Shown here piece after piece: positions 46,853 through 57,359 of a stretch of DNA of 64,000 nt. Numbering within the stretch: the first letter of the stretch is position 1; every line of letters starts with the position of its first letter. The notes under the pieces are model-generated. The model was not told where the DNA came from. It saw nothing but the letters and a program-made list of their open reading frames with translations, and made no database searches. Made by a program: the position numbers and the translations under genes. The DNA is from Candidatus Kaiserbacteria bacterium (GTDB taxonomy: Bacteria > Patescibacteriota > Minisyncoccia > Phycocordibacterales > UBA2100). The stretch spans positions 3,144 through 67,143 of the forward strand of contig JACRFI010000009.1 of NCBI GenBank assembly GCA_016217965.1, read 5' to 3'.

Positions 46853-48652
46853 CTATTGGTTGATAGAATAGACTTTGAAAAAGTACGACGCGGGATCTGC
46901 AAGAAGTTTTGATGGCGCTCCAGTTTCTACTACACGCCCATCCTTGAGGACAATGAGCTCGTCAGAATCCATGATCGTGGAAAGGCGGTGCGCGATCGCA
47001 ATAATAGTAAGGTGACCTTTCAGCTCCTCGATAACTCGCTTGATGTGGGCTTCCGCTTCGTTGTCGAGCGCACTCGTCGCCTCGTCGAGTATGAGAAGCT
47101 TGGGTTTCCGCGCCAACGCCCTTGCGATAACAATACGTTGGCGTTCGCCGGCAGAGAGCTTTATGCCGCGCTCGCCGACCAGAGTTTCAAGGCCGTCTTT
47201 GCAGCGCGAGATAAAATCATCAATGTGCGCCAGGCGTGCTGCCTCCCAAATATCTTCATCTGACACCGACTCGTCGTAGAAACAGATATTGTTGCGGATC
47301 GTGTCCTGAATGAGGAACAACTCTTGCGATACGTACGCGATATGCCGGCGCCAATCGTCAAGCGCTATCGTGCGGCTATCAACGCCGTCGAGCGTCACGG
47401 CGCCACTCGTGGGTAGGAGGAGCCGCAAGATGAGATCCACTGTCGTCGTTTTTCCAGAGCCCGATGGCCCCACGATGCCTACCATGCTTCCTTTTTTGAT
47501 CTCGAAGGAGGTGTCTTTCAGAACTTCTCGTCCCGATTCGTACGAAAAAGTAACGTGTTCGAATGCAAGCGCTCTCTCGAAAGAGAAAGGTGCGTCCCCG
47601 CTCGAGGGCTCGGGTGATCGCTGGGCAGTTTGTTCGTACTCAATGATGCGCGAAAGATGTGGGGCCAGCTCGCTCATATACTGCAGGTTGTTCTGCATCT
47701 GCTGCACATAGGTGAAAATGCGATAAATGAGATAGAGGACTGCGGGAAGCGCTGCAAACGTGATGAACGGAGTCTTGAATGCGAGAGCGAGGATGAGCGC
47801 AATATAGATGACTCCGATAGGCGCAACTATCTGCGATGCAACTTGCTGGAACATCTGGATGCGGAGCGAGTGAGCACGTATTTCTTCGAACAATCCCTCC
47901 CCCTTTTGTATCGCGCTCGCTTCCGCGCCGTATGCCTTCACTGTCTTAAGCCCGCCGACATGCTCGGTGACATGGTGCAAGGTGTCGCGGAAAACAACGG
48001 TGCGCAGCGTGGACGCTCGGTGTACCCGGTCCATAAGAGGCCTCAGTGTTACAAACGTGAGAAGCCCGAGAACGATGGTCGAGAGCGTTACGACCGGCGA
48101 GATAGAGAACGCAACGATAAGGTACATGATGAGGCTCGTGACGAGGGTGATAGAGAATACTATCTTTGTGAGAAGCGCGGTCGCGGACGGCACATCTATC
48201 ATGAGCGCCGTCTCAAGGTTGCCAAGCTTCTGTTTGAGAAGGTATGGCCACGAGGCCGAGAGGACCATCCCGAATAATTTCGAACGTGTCGTCCGCTCAT
48301 ATTCCATAGTGATGACCGCTTGTATGTACGTGAGAAGCAGCATCACGGCAGACTTGCCAATGAATAGAATGACGATAAGTGCAAGCATGTACCGTGGCAC
48401 GAACGGGACATGTATGAATGCAAAGAAATCTTTCAAGAGGAGCGACAGCGAATCCGTCGCCGCATTTTGCATGCCAAGAGCCGAGCTGAGAAGTGGGATG
48501 ACGGCGTTGATGCCAATGCCCTCCAAAATACCGCTGAGGAACCCCAGAAGCGTTAGAACTACTATCTGCGTCCGATACGGCCTGTACGCCTTCATCGCGA
48601 GGCGAAGGATCGACAACATCTGCCGGTATATATGGGCTGGTTCCGCCTTCAT
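46853..48652 (-). CDS. ABC transporter permease/ATPase (PglK/MsbA-like glycan flippase)
   Basis: N-terminal TMD; GPSGSGKT, LSAGERQR, LILDEATSALD, IAHRLST. Confidence 0.9.
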   Translation of the reverse strand: MKAEPAHIYRQMLSILRLAMKAYRPYRTQIVVLTLLGFLSGILEGIGINAVIPLLSSALGMQNAATDSLSLLLKDFFAFIHVPFVPRYMLALIVILFIGKSAVMLLLTYIQAVITMEYERTTRSKLFGMVLSASWPYLLKQKLGNLETALMIDVPSATALLTKIVFSITLVTSLIMYLIVAFSISPVVTLSTIVLGLLTFVTLRPLMDRVHRASTLRTVVFRDTLHHVTEHVGGLKTVKAYGAEASAIQKGEGLFEEIRAHSLRIQMFQQVASQIVAPIGVIYIALILALAFKTPFITFAALPAVLYLIYRIFTYVQQMQNNLQYMSELAPHLSRIIEYEQTAQRSPEPSSGDAPFSFERALAFEHVTFSYESGREVLKDTSFEIKKGSMVGIVGPSGSGKTTTVDLILRLLLPTSGAVTLDGVDSRTIALDDWRRHIAYVSQELFLIQDTIRNNICFYDESVSDEDIWEAARLAHIDDFISRCKDGLETLVGERGIKLSAGERQRIVIARALARKPKLLILDEATSALDNEAEAHIKRVIEELKGHLTIIAIAHRLSTIMDSDELIVLKDGRVVETGAPSKLLADPASYFFKVYSINQ

Positions 48653-48774
48653 TGGAGTAAACCCTAGCACACTGAAGCACGTTCAAAAAACTTGAGAATT
48701 GCTAATACCTTATCTGGTTTTCCGCGAAATGATAGACTGCGAACGACCCCCATTGCGAACCCATACTTTGCACT

Positions 48775-49503
48775 ATGATCCAGCCAGGCACAGTAACGAC
48801 CATTGTGATGCTCCCGACCTTTGACGAGGCTGGAAACATCGAAAAGTTGCTCCGAGAAATTCTGAGCCTCAATGATTCCATTGGTACTGTAGTTGTGGAC
48901 GACAACTCGCCTGATGGCACGAGCAGTATTGTTGCGAAACTCGAAAAAGAATTTCCTCAGCAGATTACTCTCATCACCCGAACTTCGGAACGAGGCAGAG
49001 CAACAGCAGGCATCAGAGGCCACCTCGAGGCCATACGGCTGAAGCCCGCATTCATCACCGAGATGGATGCAGATTTTTCCCACGACCCGAGATACATTTC
49101 GACATTCTTAAAAGAAATACAAGATTGTGACGTTGTCCTAGGGTCACGTTTCGTTCCCGGAGGAAAAGATTCTGACCGAAGCCCATTTCGAACGCTCCTC
49201 AGCGTCCTATCCGGCATTGTGTTCCGAACAATACTCGGCCTCCAGGTTCGAGACATCGGAAGCGGATTCAAGCTGTACAAGCGCGAAGTCCTCGAATCCC
49301 TTCCGTGGAACGAATTTTTCTCCTATGGCATTGCGATCTCGATGGAGGAGTGTTTCCGGATCGTGAAAAAAGGCTATCGCGTCAAGGAAGTTCCAATTAT
49401 TTTCGTCGACCGCCGTGCCGGGTACTCAAAATTGAAATGGAAAGATTTCTTCGAACCTGTGTGGGTCAGCATCAAACTTGCCGCAACATTCGGCAGGGCC
49501 TAA
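48775..49503 (+). CDS. Polyprenol-phosphate glycosyltransferase (DPM1-like GT2)
   Basis: PTFDEAGNI, DDNSPDGT, MDADFSHDP, GSRFVPGG, FVDRRAGYSK. Confidence 0.9.
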   Translation: MIQPGTVTTIVMLPTFDEAGNIEKLLREILSLNDSIGTVVVDDNSPDGTSSIVAKLEKEFPQQITLITRTSERGRATAGIRGHLEAIRLKPAFITEMDADFSHDPRYISTFLKEIQDCDVVLGSRFVPGGKDSDRSPFRTLLSVLSGIVFRTILGLQVRDIGSGFKLYKREVLESLPWNEFFSYGIAISMEECFRIVKKGYRVKEVPIIFVDRRAGYSKLKWKDFFEPVWVSIKLAATFGRA

Positions 49504-49513
49504 GCCTGACTCC

Positions 49514-49636
49514 GCCGCACAGACTATTTTGGCGGCAGCTCGCAGTAGCGACTGCACTTGGATTTTCTACGACGGAGTACCGTCAAGAAAATCTCGGCGG
49601 AGGAGTGGCTCATACCGCCAAAATAGTCTGTGCGGC
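49514..49636. mobile_element. 123-bp MITE-like element between convergent genes (may also terminate transcription)
   Basis: Perfect 22-bp terminal IR GCCGCACAGACTATTTTGGCGG; internal hairpins. Confidence 0.7.
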
Positions 49637-49640
49637 TCCG

Positions 49641-50750
49641 TCAAGCCAAAGATGCGAGTATCTTTTTTGCCCGCCCTTCCCATGAATATTGAAGGACTTT
49701 CTCGTAGGCACGTGCGGCTCGAGCGCCCGCACTTCGGTCAGAAAGCGCGGTTTCGATAGCGCGCGTGAGATCTGTGGGATCGTCGGCGCGAAAAAAGAAC
49801 GCTTCTTCATCAGAAAGAATTTCGCGCATGCTCGGCAGATCCGAGACAACTATCGGTATGCGCGATGCCATGTAGGTGAAGAGCTTGAGAGGAGACGTGT
49901 AACGCTTGGATATTTCCTCGCTGCCTGAATTGGGAAGAACAAGGACGTCTGCCGCAGCCTGGTTATCAGCTATCTCTCGATACGGCCTGAAGCCCACAAA
50001 CATGACCTGCGGATGGTGTTTCTTTAGGACGGAAATCTCTTCTGGCCCATTACCTATTGCAACAATTTGGACATCTCGGAGTAATTCTGCTGCTTTGAAG
50101 AGAGTATCTGTTCCCTTCCACGCATCTATGCGGCCAATGTACAACGCGATCTTTTTTCCCGGCGGGAGCTGAAGCCGTTCGCGAGCCGCATCTTTTTGCA
50201 CGACTCTCCGAAACATGGAAAGGTCGACGGCATCTGGCGCCACGATAATTTTGCCTGCATCAAGCCCGAGCGCAACGAGATCATCTTTAAGGCCATTGGT
50301 AATGGCAACAATGCGGGACGCACGCATGAGAGCTCTCACGAAAAGACGTTTCCACCCGTAGATGTGGTGCACTTCGATAATGAGCCTGTTCCTTCGCGGA
50401 GAAAATGCGAAGAGAAGCGGGAAATCGCGAAAGTAGAGCACGTCACCCTCCGATGCGATGCGGGCAAATTTTAGATTGAGAATGAACGCAAGCGTGTCGA
50501 GCCACATGATGAGCGTTGGAAACACCTCCGACCTGCTTCCAATGTCGGGAATCTTGAGAGTCCGTATAGTGAAATTCTTTTTTACGCCGTAGTACGCGAA
50601 TGGATCGGTATCTAAAAATATGCGCTTTTGTGGCACAACAAGCTGCACGTCGTGCCCAAGAGAGGCGAAAGCGCCGCACATGCTCATTATCTGGACGCCG
50701 TGCGCTTTCTCGGTGGGAATCCTAGCATTGGAAATGTATCGCACTCTCAT
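49641..50750 (-). CDS. GT4 glycosyltransferase
   Basis: RIPTEKAHG, YTSPLKLFTYMA. Confidence 0.9.
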   Translation of the reverse strand: MRVRYISNARIPTEKAHGVQIMSMCGAFASLGHDVQLVVPQKRIFLDTDPFAYYGVKKNFTIRTLKIPDIGSRSEVFPTLIMWLDTLAFILNLKFARIASEGDVLYFRDFPLLFAFSPRRNRLIIEVHHIYGWKRLFVRALMRASRIVAITNGLKDDLVALGLDAGKIIVAPDAVDLSMFRRVVQKDAARERLQLPPGKKIALYIGRIDAWKGTDTLFKAAELLRDVQIVAIGNGPEEISVLKKHHPQVMFVGFRPYREIADNQAAADVLVLPNSGSEEISKRYTSPLKLFTYMASRIPIVVSDLPSMREILSDEEAFFFRADDPTDLTRAIETALSDRSAGARAARAYEKVLQYSWEGRAKKILASLA

Positions 50751-51886
50751 ACCCTATGTTCATTCCGAATGAGATGCAGCAGCGCCTCTGCACTTTTTCT
50801 CCATGAAAAATCACGAGCTCGAGCAAGCCCTTTTGCGGCAATGCGCTCGCGTAAGGCAAAATCATTGACGAGCTGTCTCATGCGGGATTGTATCGCATCG
50901 ACATCTAACGGATCAGTTAAAACTGCAGCACCGCCTGCTATCTCCGGCATACATGAGATGTTTGATGTGAGAACAGGCGTACCGCATTGCATAGCCTCCA
51001 CGATAGGAAGGCCGAACCCCTCGACAAGGGAAGGGAACACGAGCATCTCTGCACAATTATAGAGCGCTGGCATATCTTCGTTCGCAACATACTTCTCTAC
51101 GTGCACGCTGCCCTCCGGCGCCTGGCGAATTTTCTCTTCGACCTCTCTTGAGTAGTCCGCGGCATGCGCGCCACCTATGCATACGAGGGTGTGTGGCACG
51201 CCTTCCTTCCTTAACCCGATAAATGCCTCCACAATGCGCGTGTTATTTTTGTGCGGGTCGAACCTCGCAACTGAGAGAATATAGGGTGGGCGAATGCCGT
51301 ACGTTTTCAGGAGTCTCTCCCGTGCAACGATGCGCTCTTCTTCTGAATACCGCCGGTATGCTTTTTCGGCTGCATTATAAATCGTGTGCACTTTCGAAGG
51401 AGGAAGTGCGTAGTACGAAATGATCCATTTTTTGGCATCCTCTGATACGGCTATCGCGGAAGTGAAGAAATATTGCCCAACAAAGCGAAGGAAATACTCA
51501 AACGCAAGATTCACGAGCGATCGAGGTGAACGGTACACTTCGCTCCGGGACGCATCATGGATAAATACGACTTTCTTCTTTGCGCTCAGCATCCAAAAGA
51601 GCGGATAGACAACACGATTAAAAATTACGGCATCGTATGTCTCCCGATGCGTAAGGAAAAAAAATGCATAGGAGAGCAAGGTCGAGGCGAAACGCTTAAT
51701 GATGACCGTCCGAGCTTTCTCGCACAGGGGACTATTACATTTCCCTTCCGGCCGCAGCAATGAAAGGTCTACGTCATCCCGGATTGCGAGTTCTTCTGCG
51801 ATCTTTTGAATAACGAGCGCGGTCCCCTTCCCGCCACGAGCGAAATCATCGCCGAAAAATGCGATGCGAAGTTTACTGCTTTGCAT
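50747..51886 (-). CDS. GT4 glycosyltransferase
   Basis: PHKN, FPSLVEGFGLPIVEAM. Confidence 0.9.
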   Translation of the reverse strand: MQSSKLRIAFFGDDFARGGKGTALVIQKIAEELAIRDDVDLSLLRPEGKCNSPLCEKARTVIIKRFASTLLSYAFFFLTHRETYDAVIFNRVVYPLFWMLSAKKKVVFIHDASRSEVYRSPRSLVNLAFEYFLRFVGQYFFTSAIAVSEDAKKWIISYYALPPSKVHTIYNAAEKAYRRYSEEERIVARERLLKTYGIRPPYILSVARFDPHKNNTRIVEAFIGLRKEGVPHTLVCIGGAHAADYSREVEEKIRQAPEGSVHVEKYVANEDMPALYNCAEMLVFPSLVEGFGLPIVEAMQCGTPVLTSNISCMPEIAGGAAVLTDPLDVDAIQSRMRQLVNDFALRERIAAKGLARARDFSWRKSAEALLHLIRNEHRV

Positions 51887-53033
51887 GGGTGAAAATATCC
51901 TTGATGGCGTGAATGACATCCGAGACATCGTCGTCAGTAAGCTTTGCAGAAAATGGGATAGAAACGGTACGGTCACCGATCCATTCCGCATTCGGCAGAT
52001 CGCCTTCTTTGTGCCCAAGCAATTTCCGATAATACGGCTGCAAGTGAAGTGCGCGGAAATGAACACCCGTGCCGATGTTGCGCTTTGTCATTCCGTCCAG
52101 GAATTCGTCCCTCGTTATTCCAGCCTTCTTAGTGTCAATGATGACAGTGAAAAGATGGTACGCATGGCGCTCATGCTCCCGGATAGGAGCAGGGAGTATA
52201 AGCGGCAAACCGGCAAGCTCTCTCATGTAGCGCTGCCACAGTTCTTCTCGGCGTTCCCTGTGCACTTCGATCCGAGCAAGCTGGTGAAAGCCAAGAGATG
52301 CCTGCAGGTCAGTCATGTTGTACTTGTAACCGGCTTCGACGACATCGTAATGCTTGTACCCTTCTTCGCCGTACCTCTTCCACGCATCTGCACTAAGGCC
52401 ATGCAACGACAGTACGCGCATGTTCTGTGCATACGCATCGTTTTCCGTCGTCGCCATTCCACCCTCTGCTGTGACAAGATTCTTCGTCACATAAAAACTG
52501 AAGCACCCTATGTCTCCTATCGTGCCAGCCTTCCTCCCTTTATATTCGGTTTCTATCGCGTGGGCGGCGTCCTCAATGACTTTCAGATCATGTCTCTTTG
52601 CGATCTTCAGTATCTCATCCATCTCGCACGGCCGCCCTGCCATATGGACTACGACAATGGCTTTCGTCTTTTGCGTTATTCTCCGCTCAATATCTTCAGG
52701 CAAAATGTTCTGAGTCTCTCTGTCACAATCTGCAAAGACAGGGCGCGCACCGCAGTGCACAACAGTGTTGGCTGTCGCAGCAAAGGTCATCGAAGGCACG
52801 ATAATCTCATCTCCCTCACTCACGCCGATTGCCCGCAGGGCAAGATGCAGAGCGGCGGTACACGAAGAAAGCGCTATCGCATGTTTGGTTCCAGTATGGG
52901 CCTTGAACGCGTCCTCAAACTTGTGCGTTTTCGGCCCTGTGCCGATCCAACCGCTCTTCAGGGTAGCCACAACCTCATCGATCTCCGGCTGTTCGATGAG
53001 AGGGGACCCAAAGACGAGAAAATCCTTCCGCAT
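51873..53033 (-). CDS. DegT/DnrJ (ArnB-like) sugar aminotransferase
   Basis: SSCTAALH, IEDAAHA, FSFYVTKN, GYKYNMTD. Confidence 0.93.
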   Translation of the reverse strand: MRKDFLVFGSPLIEQPEIDEVVATLKSGWIGTGPKTHKFEDAFKAHTGTKHAIALSSCTAALHLALRAIGVSEGDEIIVPSMTFAATANTVVHCGARPVFADCDRETQNILPEDIERRITQKTKAIVVVHMAGRPCEMDEILKIAKRHDLKVIEDAAHAIETEYKGRKAGTIGDIGCFSFYVTKNLVTAEGGMATTENDAYAQNMRVLSLHGLSADAWKRYGEEGYKHYDVVEAGYKYNMTDLQASLGFHQLARIEVHRERREELWQRYMRELAGLPLILPAPIREHERHAYHLFTVIIDTKKAGITRDEFLDGMTKRNIGTGVHFRALHLQPYYRKLLGHKEGDLPNAEWIGDRTVSIPFSAKLTDDDVSDVIHAIKDIFTHAKQ

Positions 53034-53075
53034 TAGTGACACTATACATCGCCTCTAGATTTCGGCGAGCCGTGG

Positions 53076-54728
53076 CTATAGAGCATAAATGATTATCGTC
53101 GGGCCAAAGTAACGCTCATCAAAGAATTCAAGAAAAGAGTTCGTGAACGAACTGTCAGCAATGGACATCAAGACTCCCCTGCCCTCGAAACGTTGCAACT
53201 CTTTCGCGCCTTTAGTGAGACGGGAGAACGCCTCGGCAGTCGACGTTGCTTCAGTGGCGTATTCCGGAGCGAATATAAGATGCGTATATCCATTATTCTT
53301 TGCATACGCCGAAATATCGCGGATGAACACGCTGTCTTTCTTCATCGAAAACAGATAATTAAGAACGTGTGGCACGTCTTTGCGGTCGAGCACGACATCG
53401 GCGCCATCGACTTGCCTCACAACATTCGAATCGACAGCGCGAAGTTCCTCTACCGCATCCGCTGTCGTCGGCAATCTCATATGCGCGACATAGACAAGGA
53501 CTTTGTCAGAAGCGTCAAGATTCAGCAGCGCCCACTCGCGCGCCATGTCCCGCGTATCGCTCTCATATGCCAAGTATTCCACTCTGGCTGCGATTACAAG
53601 CGGGACGAGCAACAACAAAATGAGAGCAAAACGCGCCCAAGTATTCCACCAACGATCGACAACATAGCCGCCCGCGAGTGCATAGAATGGAACGAGGGCG
53701 AGCGCAAACCGCGGGTCGAACCGGAATACAATGTAAAAAACGGCAGTGTACGCGAGAAACCACCCAAATAGGAGAAATCCAATAGAGCGCCGCTCTTTCA
53801 GAAGAAGTGCAACGCCGATAAGAAAAAAGCCAATAAGAATTGGTTCCGAGTAAACGCTCATCGAGAGCATGGTCCACGGGCTTTCAAGAAATGCTGCAAG
53901 AGACTTGTCATTCAACAGAGTTATTGCACCAAAAAAAGCGTTGCCGTTCTTGTAGAGAAGAAATGGTATCGCCGCGAGCGCCACAAAAATGGCGCTACAC
54001 TGTGCGATGAGAGGAATATCCGTTACAACATCTCTCCACTTTTCCTTGTCGAAAATAACGTAGTAAAGCGCCATAAGCACCGCCGAGAGTATTGAGAGAG
54101 TCGAAAAACCCATGCCAATGCCAGCGATGAGCGACGCATAAAGATATCTCCTCTTTTTGGGAAGATCTCGCGATAGCGTGTAAAGCACTAACACAAATAC
54201 AAATGACGACGGCATCCAGTGCCTCCCGACCATAGAAAGCGCCTGATGTAGAATACTGGTCGCAACAAGATATGCGGAAACAAATGCCGCCACGGGAGAG
54301 TGGAACAGAGACTGCGCGACCCGATACACGAGATACACCATCAAGATCCCAAGGAGAATGTTGAGGCACCGTGCAGCAATAAAAAAAGGCGAGAGGTCCG
54401 TAAGAAGCGTTGCTTCAAAGAGCTCTCGCGAACCATCCCACGCAAGATACTTAACGCCGAGGATCAGGACAAACGGAATAAGGAGGACGTACGAGAGGTA
54501 CAAAGGGTACAAAAGGATGGACGAGAACGCCTCGGGTTGAAGTGCAGGAATAAGCGTCTGCGTCTCTATCATTTTGAGGGCGACGACGGTAAATGGAGGT
54601 TCATCGGAAACAAGAGTGAGCGGTAGGCCAAAACCGATACCAAAGATGCGGAGAAATAATGTAAGGAGGAGAACGGAGGCGAGCGCCCATTCGTTCCGCA
54701 CTATGTGTTTAATTCTTTCTTTGATCAT
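53076..54728 (-). CDS. GT-C fold (ArnT/PMT-like) membrane glycosyltransferase
   Basis: LRIFGIGFGLP..SDEP, many TM segments; directly upstream of the ArnB-like gene. Confidence 0.7.
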   Translation of the reverse strand: MIKERIKHIVRNEWALASVLLLTLFLRIFGIGFGLPLTLVSDEPPFTVVALKMIETQTLIPALQPEAFSSILLYPLYLSYVLLIPFVLILGVKYLAWDGSRELFEATLLTDLSPFFIAARCLNILLGILMVYLVYRVAQSLFHSPVAAFVSAYLVATSILHQALSMVGRHWMPSSFVFVLVLYTLSRDLPKKRRYLYASLIAGIGMGFSTLSILSAVLMALYYVIFDKEKWRDVVTDIPLIAQCSAIFVALAAIPFLLYKNGNAFFGAITLLNDKSLAAFLESPWTMLSMSVYSEPILIGFFLIGVALLLKERRSIGFLLFGWFLAYTAVFYIVFRFDPRFALALVPFYALAGGYVVDRWWNTWARFALILLLLVPLVIAARVEYLAYESDTRDMAREWALLNLDASDKVLVYVAHMRLPTTADAVEELRAVDSNVVRQVDGADVVLDRKDVPHVLNYLFSMKKDSVFIRDISAYAKNNGYTHLIFAPEYATEATSTAEAFSRLTKGAKELQRFEGRGVLMSIADSSFTNSFLEFFDERYFGPTIIIYAL

Positions 54729-55821
54729 ACAGTTCAAGGATAAGCGCCTCGAATTCTTTCATATATTCTGGCATCGAGTATTTTTTAACTCTCTCGCGCG
54801 CCGCATTCCCCAACTGTTCACGGCGCGAAGCATCAGCAAGAAGCGCCGTTATGTGGCTCGCAAGCCCGTGCGGGTCGCGAGGCTCTGCAATGAGGCCTGT
54901 CACGCCGTGTCCAACAAACAAGGGGATGTCTCCCACATTCGTCGATACTATTGCACGCCCTTCCCTCATCGCTTCCATTATCGCAATGGGAAGATCAGTC
55001 GAAACGGCAGGATCAACGTAGACATCCGCAAGCGGCAACACATCCTGTATATCGAGCTGTCCAGGAAAAAGCACCCTATCCTCGATACGAAGGCGCGCCG
55101 CTTCCTCTCGCAACTCCTGTTGGAGAGGTCCCCATCCCACTACCAGAAACGTCGTGTGTGGATGCTGCTGTAGCACCTGCTGCGCAGCTTTCACAAGATA
55201 CGTGTGCCCTTTCTCTTCAACAAGGCGGCTCACCGTGAGAACGATGCGATCCGATCCTGGTATACCGAGCTCCCGCCGAAGTTCTGAGTTGGGGCGGCTC
55301 ACTTTCTCTTTCAGAAGTGGAGGGATATGGAGCGTGAGGAATTTCTCAATTGGAATTTTTTCCTGCCCCGCGGTAAAGTCGCGCGCAACATTAGAATCGA
55401 CGATGATGCGCGCAGTCTTCTTTGAAAGAAGCTTGTCCATGAATATCTGCCACTGACGTTTATTCGGGTATATATTGTGTTCGTAACTGATGATGCACGG
55501 GACACCAGCGAGAATGGCAGCGCCTCGAACCAGCAAATTCGCTGAGAAAAGATGTGTGACAACAACATCGAATCGCCCACGCCGCACATAGGAAACAAGG
55601 CGGAAAAACGCGACGATGTCCCACGTTCGGCGGAAGCGGAAACAGCGATCGATCCGCGCACTGCCCGCCAATGTCTCTTTCTGCTCATCGAAAAGCGTGA
55701 TAAAGAAAGGCTCGAAGCGCACCCGGTCCAGGGCTTCGAGCTGCCGGACGAGAAGTTTCTCCGCGCCGCCAACGCTGCATCGCGGTATCGCGAAGAGGAC
55801 CTTAACCCTCTTTGCTGTCAT
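54709..55821 (-). CDS. GT4 glycosyltransferase
   Basis: GGAEK, RLVEEKGH, LPIAIMEAM. Confidence 0.9.
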   Translation of the reverse strand: MTAKRVKVLFAIPRCSVGGAEKLLVRQLEALDRVRFEPFFITLFDEQKETLAGSARIDRCFRFRRTWDIVAFFRLVSYVRRGRFDVVVTHLFSANLLVRGAAILAGVPCIISYEHNIYPNKRQWQIFMDKLLSKKTARIIVDSNVARDFTAGQEKIPIEKFLTLHIPPLLKEKVSRPNSELRRELGIPGSDRIVLTVSRLVEEKGHTYLVKAAQQVLQQHPHTTFLVVGWGPLQQELREEAARLRIEDRVLFPGQLDIQDVLPLADVYVDPAVSTDLPIAIMEAMREGRAIVSTNVGDIPLFVGHGVTGLIAEPRDPHGLASHITALLADASRREQLGNAARERVKKYSMPEYMKEFEALILELYDQRKN

Positions 55822-56690
55822 AGGTATGTTTCCTTTGCGATCTGTATCAAATACTCCCCATAGCCACTTTTTCGCAGTGGCTCGGCGAGCGAGTACAATT
55901 TCTCCCTCGAGATGTATCCCATGCGGTATGCCACTTCTTCAATGCTTCCGACAAGAAATCCTTGCCGCTTCTCGATGACCTGCACAAATTGCGCGGCCTC
56001 CATGAGGGCAGCAAATGTGCCGGTGTCGAGCCAGATCGTGCCGCGGTCAAGCTCTAAGACCTTCAACTTCCCCTGGCTCAGGTAGTGCTTATTTATATCC
56101 GTCACTTCGTATTCCCCACGGCCACCTCGTTTGAGGCTTTTTGCTATAGCAACCACAGAATTGTCGTAAAAATATAAGCCGGGAACAGCATATTTAGACC
56201 GAGGCAGTGCTGGTTTTTCCTCTATTGATATGGCCGTATTGTTTTTGTCGAATTCAATCACACCGTACGCAGATGGGTCTGACACATGGTGCGCAAAAAC
56301 GATGCCACCTTTTGGATCTTTGCATTTCTCGAACAACTTGCGGAGCCCCGAGCTAAAAAAGAAGTTGTCGCCTAAAATAAGTGCAACGTCATCCTCGCCA
56401 ACAAACTTCTCCCCGATGACAAACGCATGCGCCACTCCCTCTGGTTTCTCCTGGATCGCGTATGAGAATGAGCATCCCACCTGAGAACCATCTCCCAGGA
56501 GGCGTTCGAATGCTGGTGCATCTTCGGGCGTTGTGATCACCAAAATGTCCCTTATCCCAGCAAGCATCAATGTCGAGAGCGGATAGTAGACCATCGGCTT
56601 GTTGTAAAGAGGTATCAGCTGCTTACTCGCAGCCTTTGTGATTGGGTACAGACGCGTGCCAGAGCCACCCGCGAGTATGATGCCTTTCAT
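55818..56690 (-). CDS. rmlA: Glucose-1-phosphate thymidylyltransferase
   Basis: LAGGSGTRLYP, SKQL, LGDN, WLDTGT. Confidence 0.95.
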   Translation of the reverse strand: MKGIILAGGSGTRLYPITKAASKQLIPLYNKPMVYYPLSTLMLAGIRDILVITTPEDAPAFERLLGDGSQVGCSFSYAIQEKPEGVAHAFVIGEKFVGEDDVALILGDNFFFSSGLRKLFEKCKDPKGGIVFAHHVSDPSAYGVIEFDKNNTAISIEEKPALPRSKYAVPGLYFYDNSVVAIAKSLKRGGRGEYEVTDINKHYLSQGKLKVLELDRGTIWLDTGTFAALMEAAQFVQVIEKRQGFLVGSIEEVAYRMGYISREKLYSLAEPLRKSGYGEYLIQIAKETYL

Positions 56691-56711
56691 GGCACAATAG
56701 TATTCTTTTTT

Positions 56712-57359
56712 CTACTTCCTTGCCACCGCGATAAGTTTCGCCCGCATCCATTCGAACGGGAGCGTTCGGGGAGATTCCTGAAAGTACGAATATTGTACAG
56801 ACGCCCAAGGAACTGTTCCGAGAAGTTTCTTAAGCGAACGCGAGCTGTAAAGCCATCTTGCAGTATTATCGTATTTAAAGCGGCGGCCCTTGAAGCGCGC
56901 TGCGAGATAAGAGAACCACACATAGAGTTTGTTAGGCGTAAGTATCATGAGGCTTCCGCCGGGCTTTAATATCCGGAATGCTTCACCTATGCCAGATATT
57001 CCATCTTCGAAGTGCGCGATGACATGCAAGCAAAATATTTTGTCGAACGAATCGTCTTCAAATGGCATAGAGGTCATGGAACAACGAACGAAGCTCCCTC
57101 GAATATACTTGCGAGCCTCGTCGGTCACGTCACTGGAAACCATATCAACACTCGGCTCAAGAGCTGTGAGCAGCTGCTCCAGGCGCCCCTTTCCACATCC
57201 TATGTCCAGAATCCTGTCCCCTTTTTTCGGGGACATGAGACGCAAAATGAGCGCGTGTTCTTCTTGTAAGCGATCGTGCAACTCGTGACTATCGCGTTTC
57301 AGGACTTCAAAATACGCTGGACCGAATTGCTCATTCTGCCCCCCCAACTTCTCGCTCAT
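56712..57359 (-). CDS. Class I SAM-dependent methyltransferase
   Basis: ILDIGCGKG, RILKPGG..TPN. Confidence 0.88.
   Translation of the reverse strand: MSEKLGGQNEQFGPAYFEVLKRDSHELHDRLQEEHALILRLMSPKKGDRILDIGCGKGRLEQLLTALEPSVDMVSSDVTDEARKYIRGSFVRCSMTSMPFEDDSFDKIFCLHVIAHFEDGISGIGEAFRILKPGGSLMILTPNKLYVWFSYLAARFKGRRFKYDNTARWLYSSRSLKKLLGTVPWASVQYSYFQESPRTLPFEWMRAKLIAVARK

Noticed and set aside
51864-53036. 390-aa + strand ORF
   Set aside because: Antisense shadow of the DegT aminotransferase
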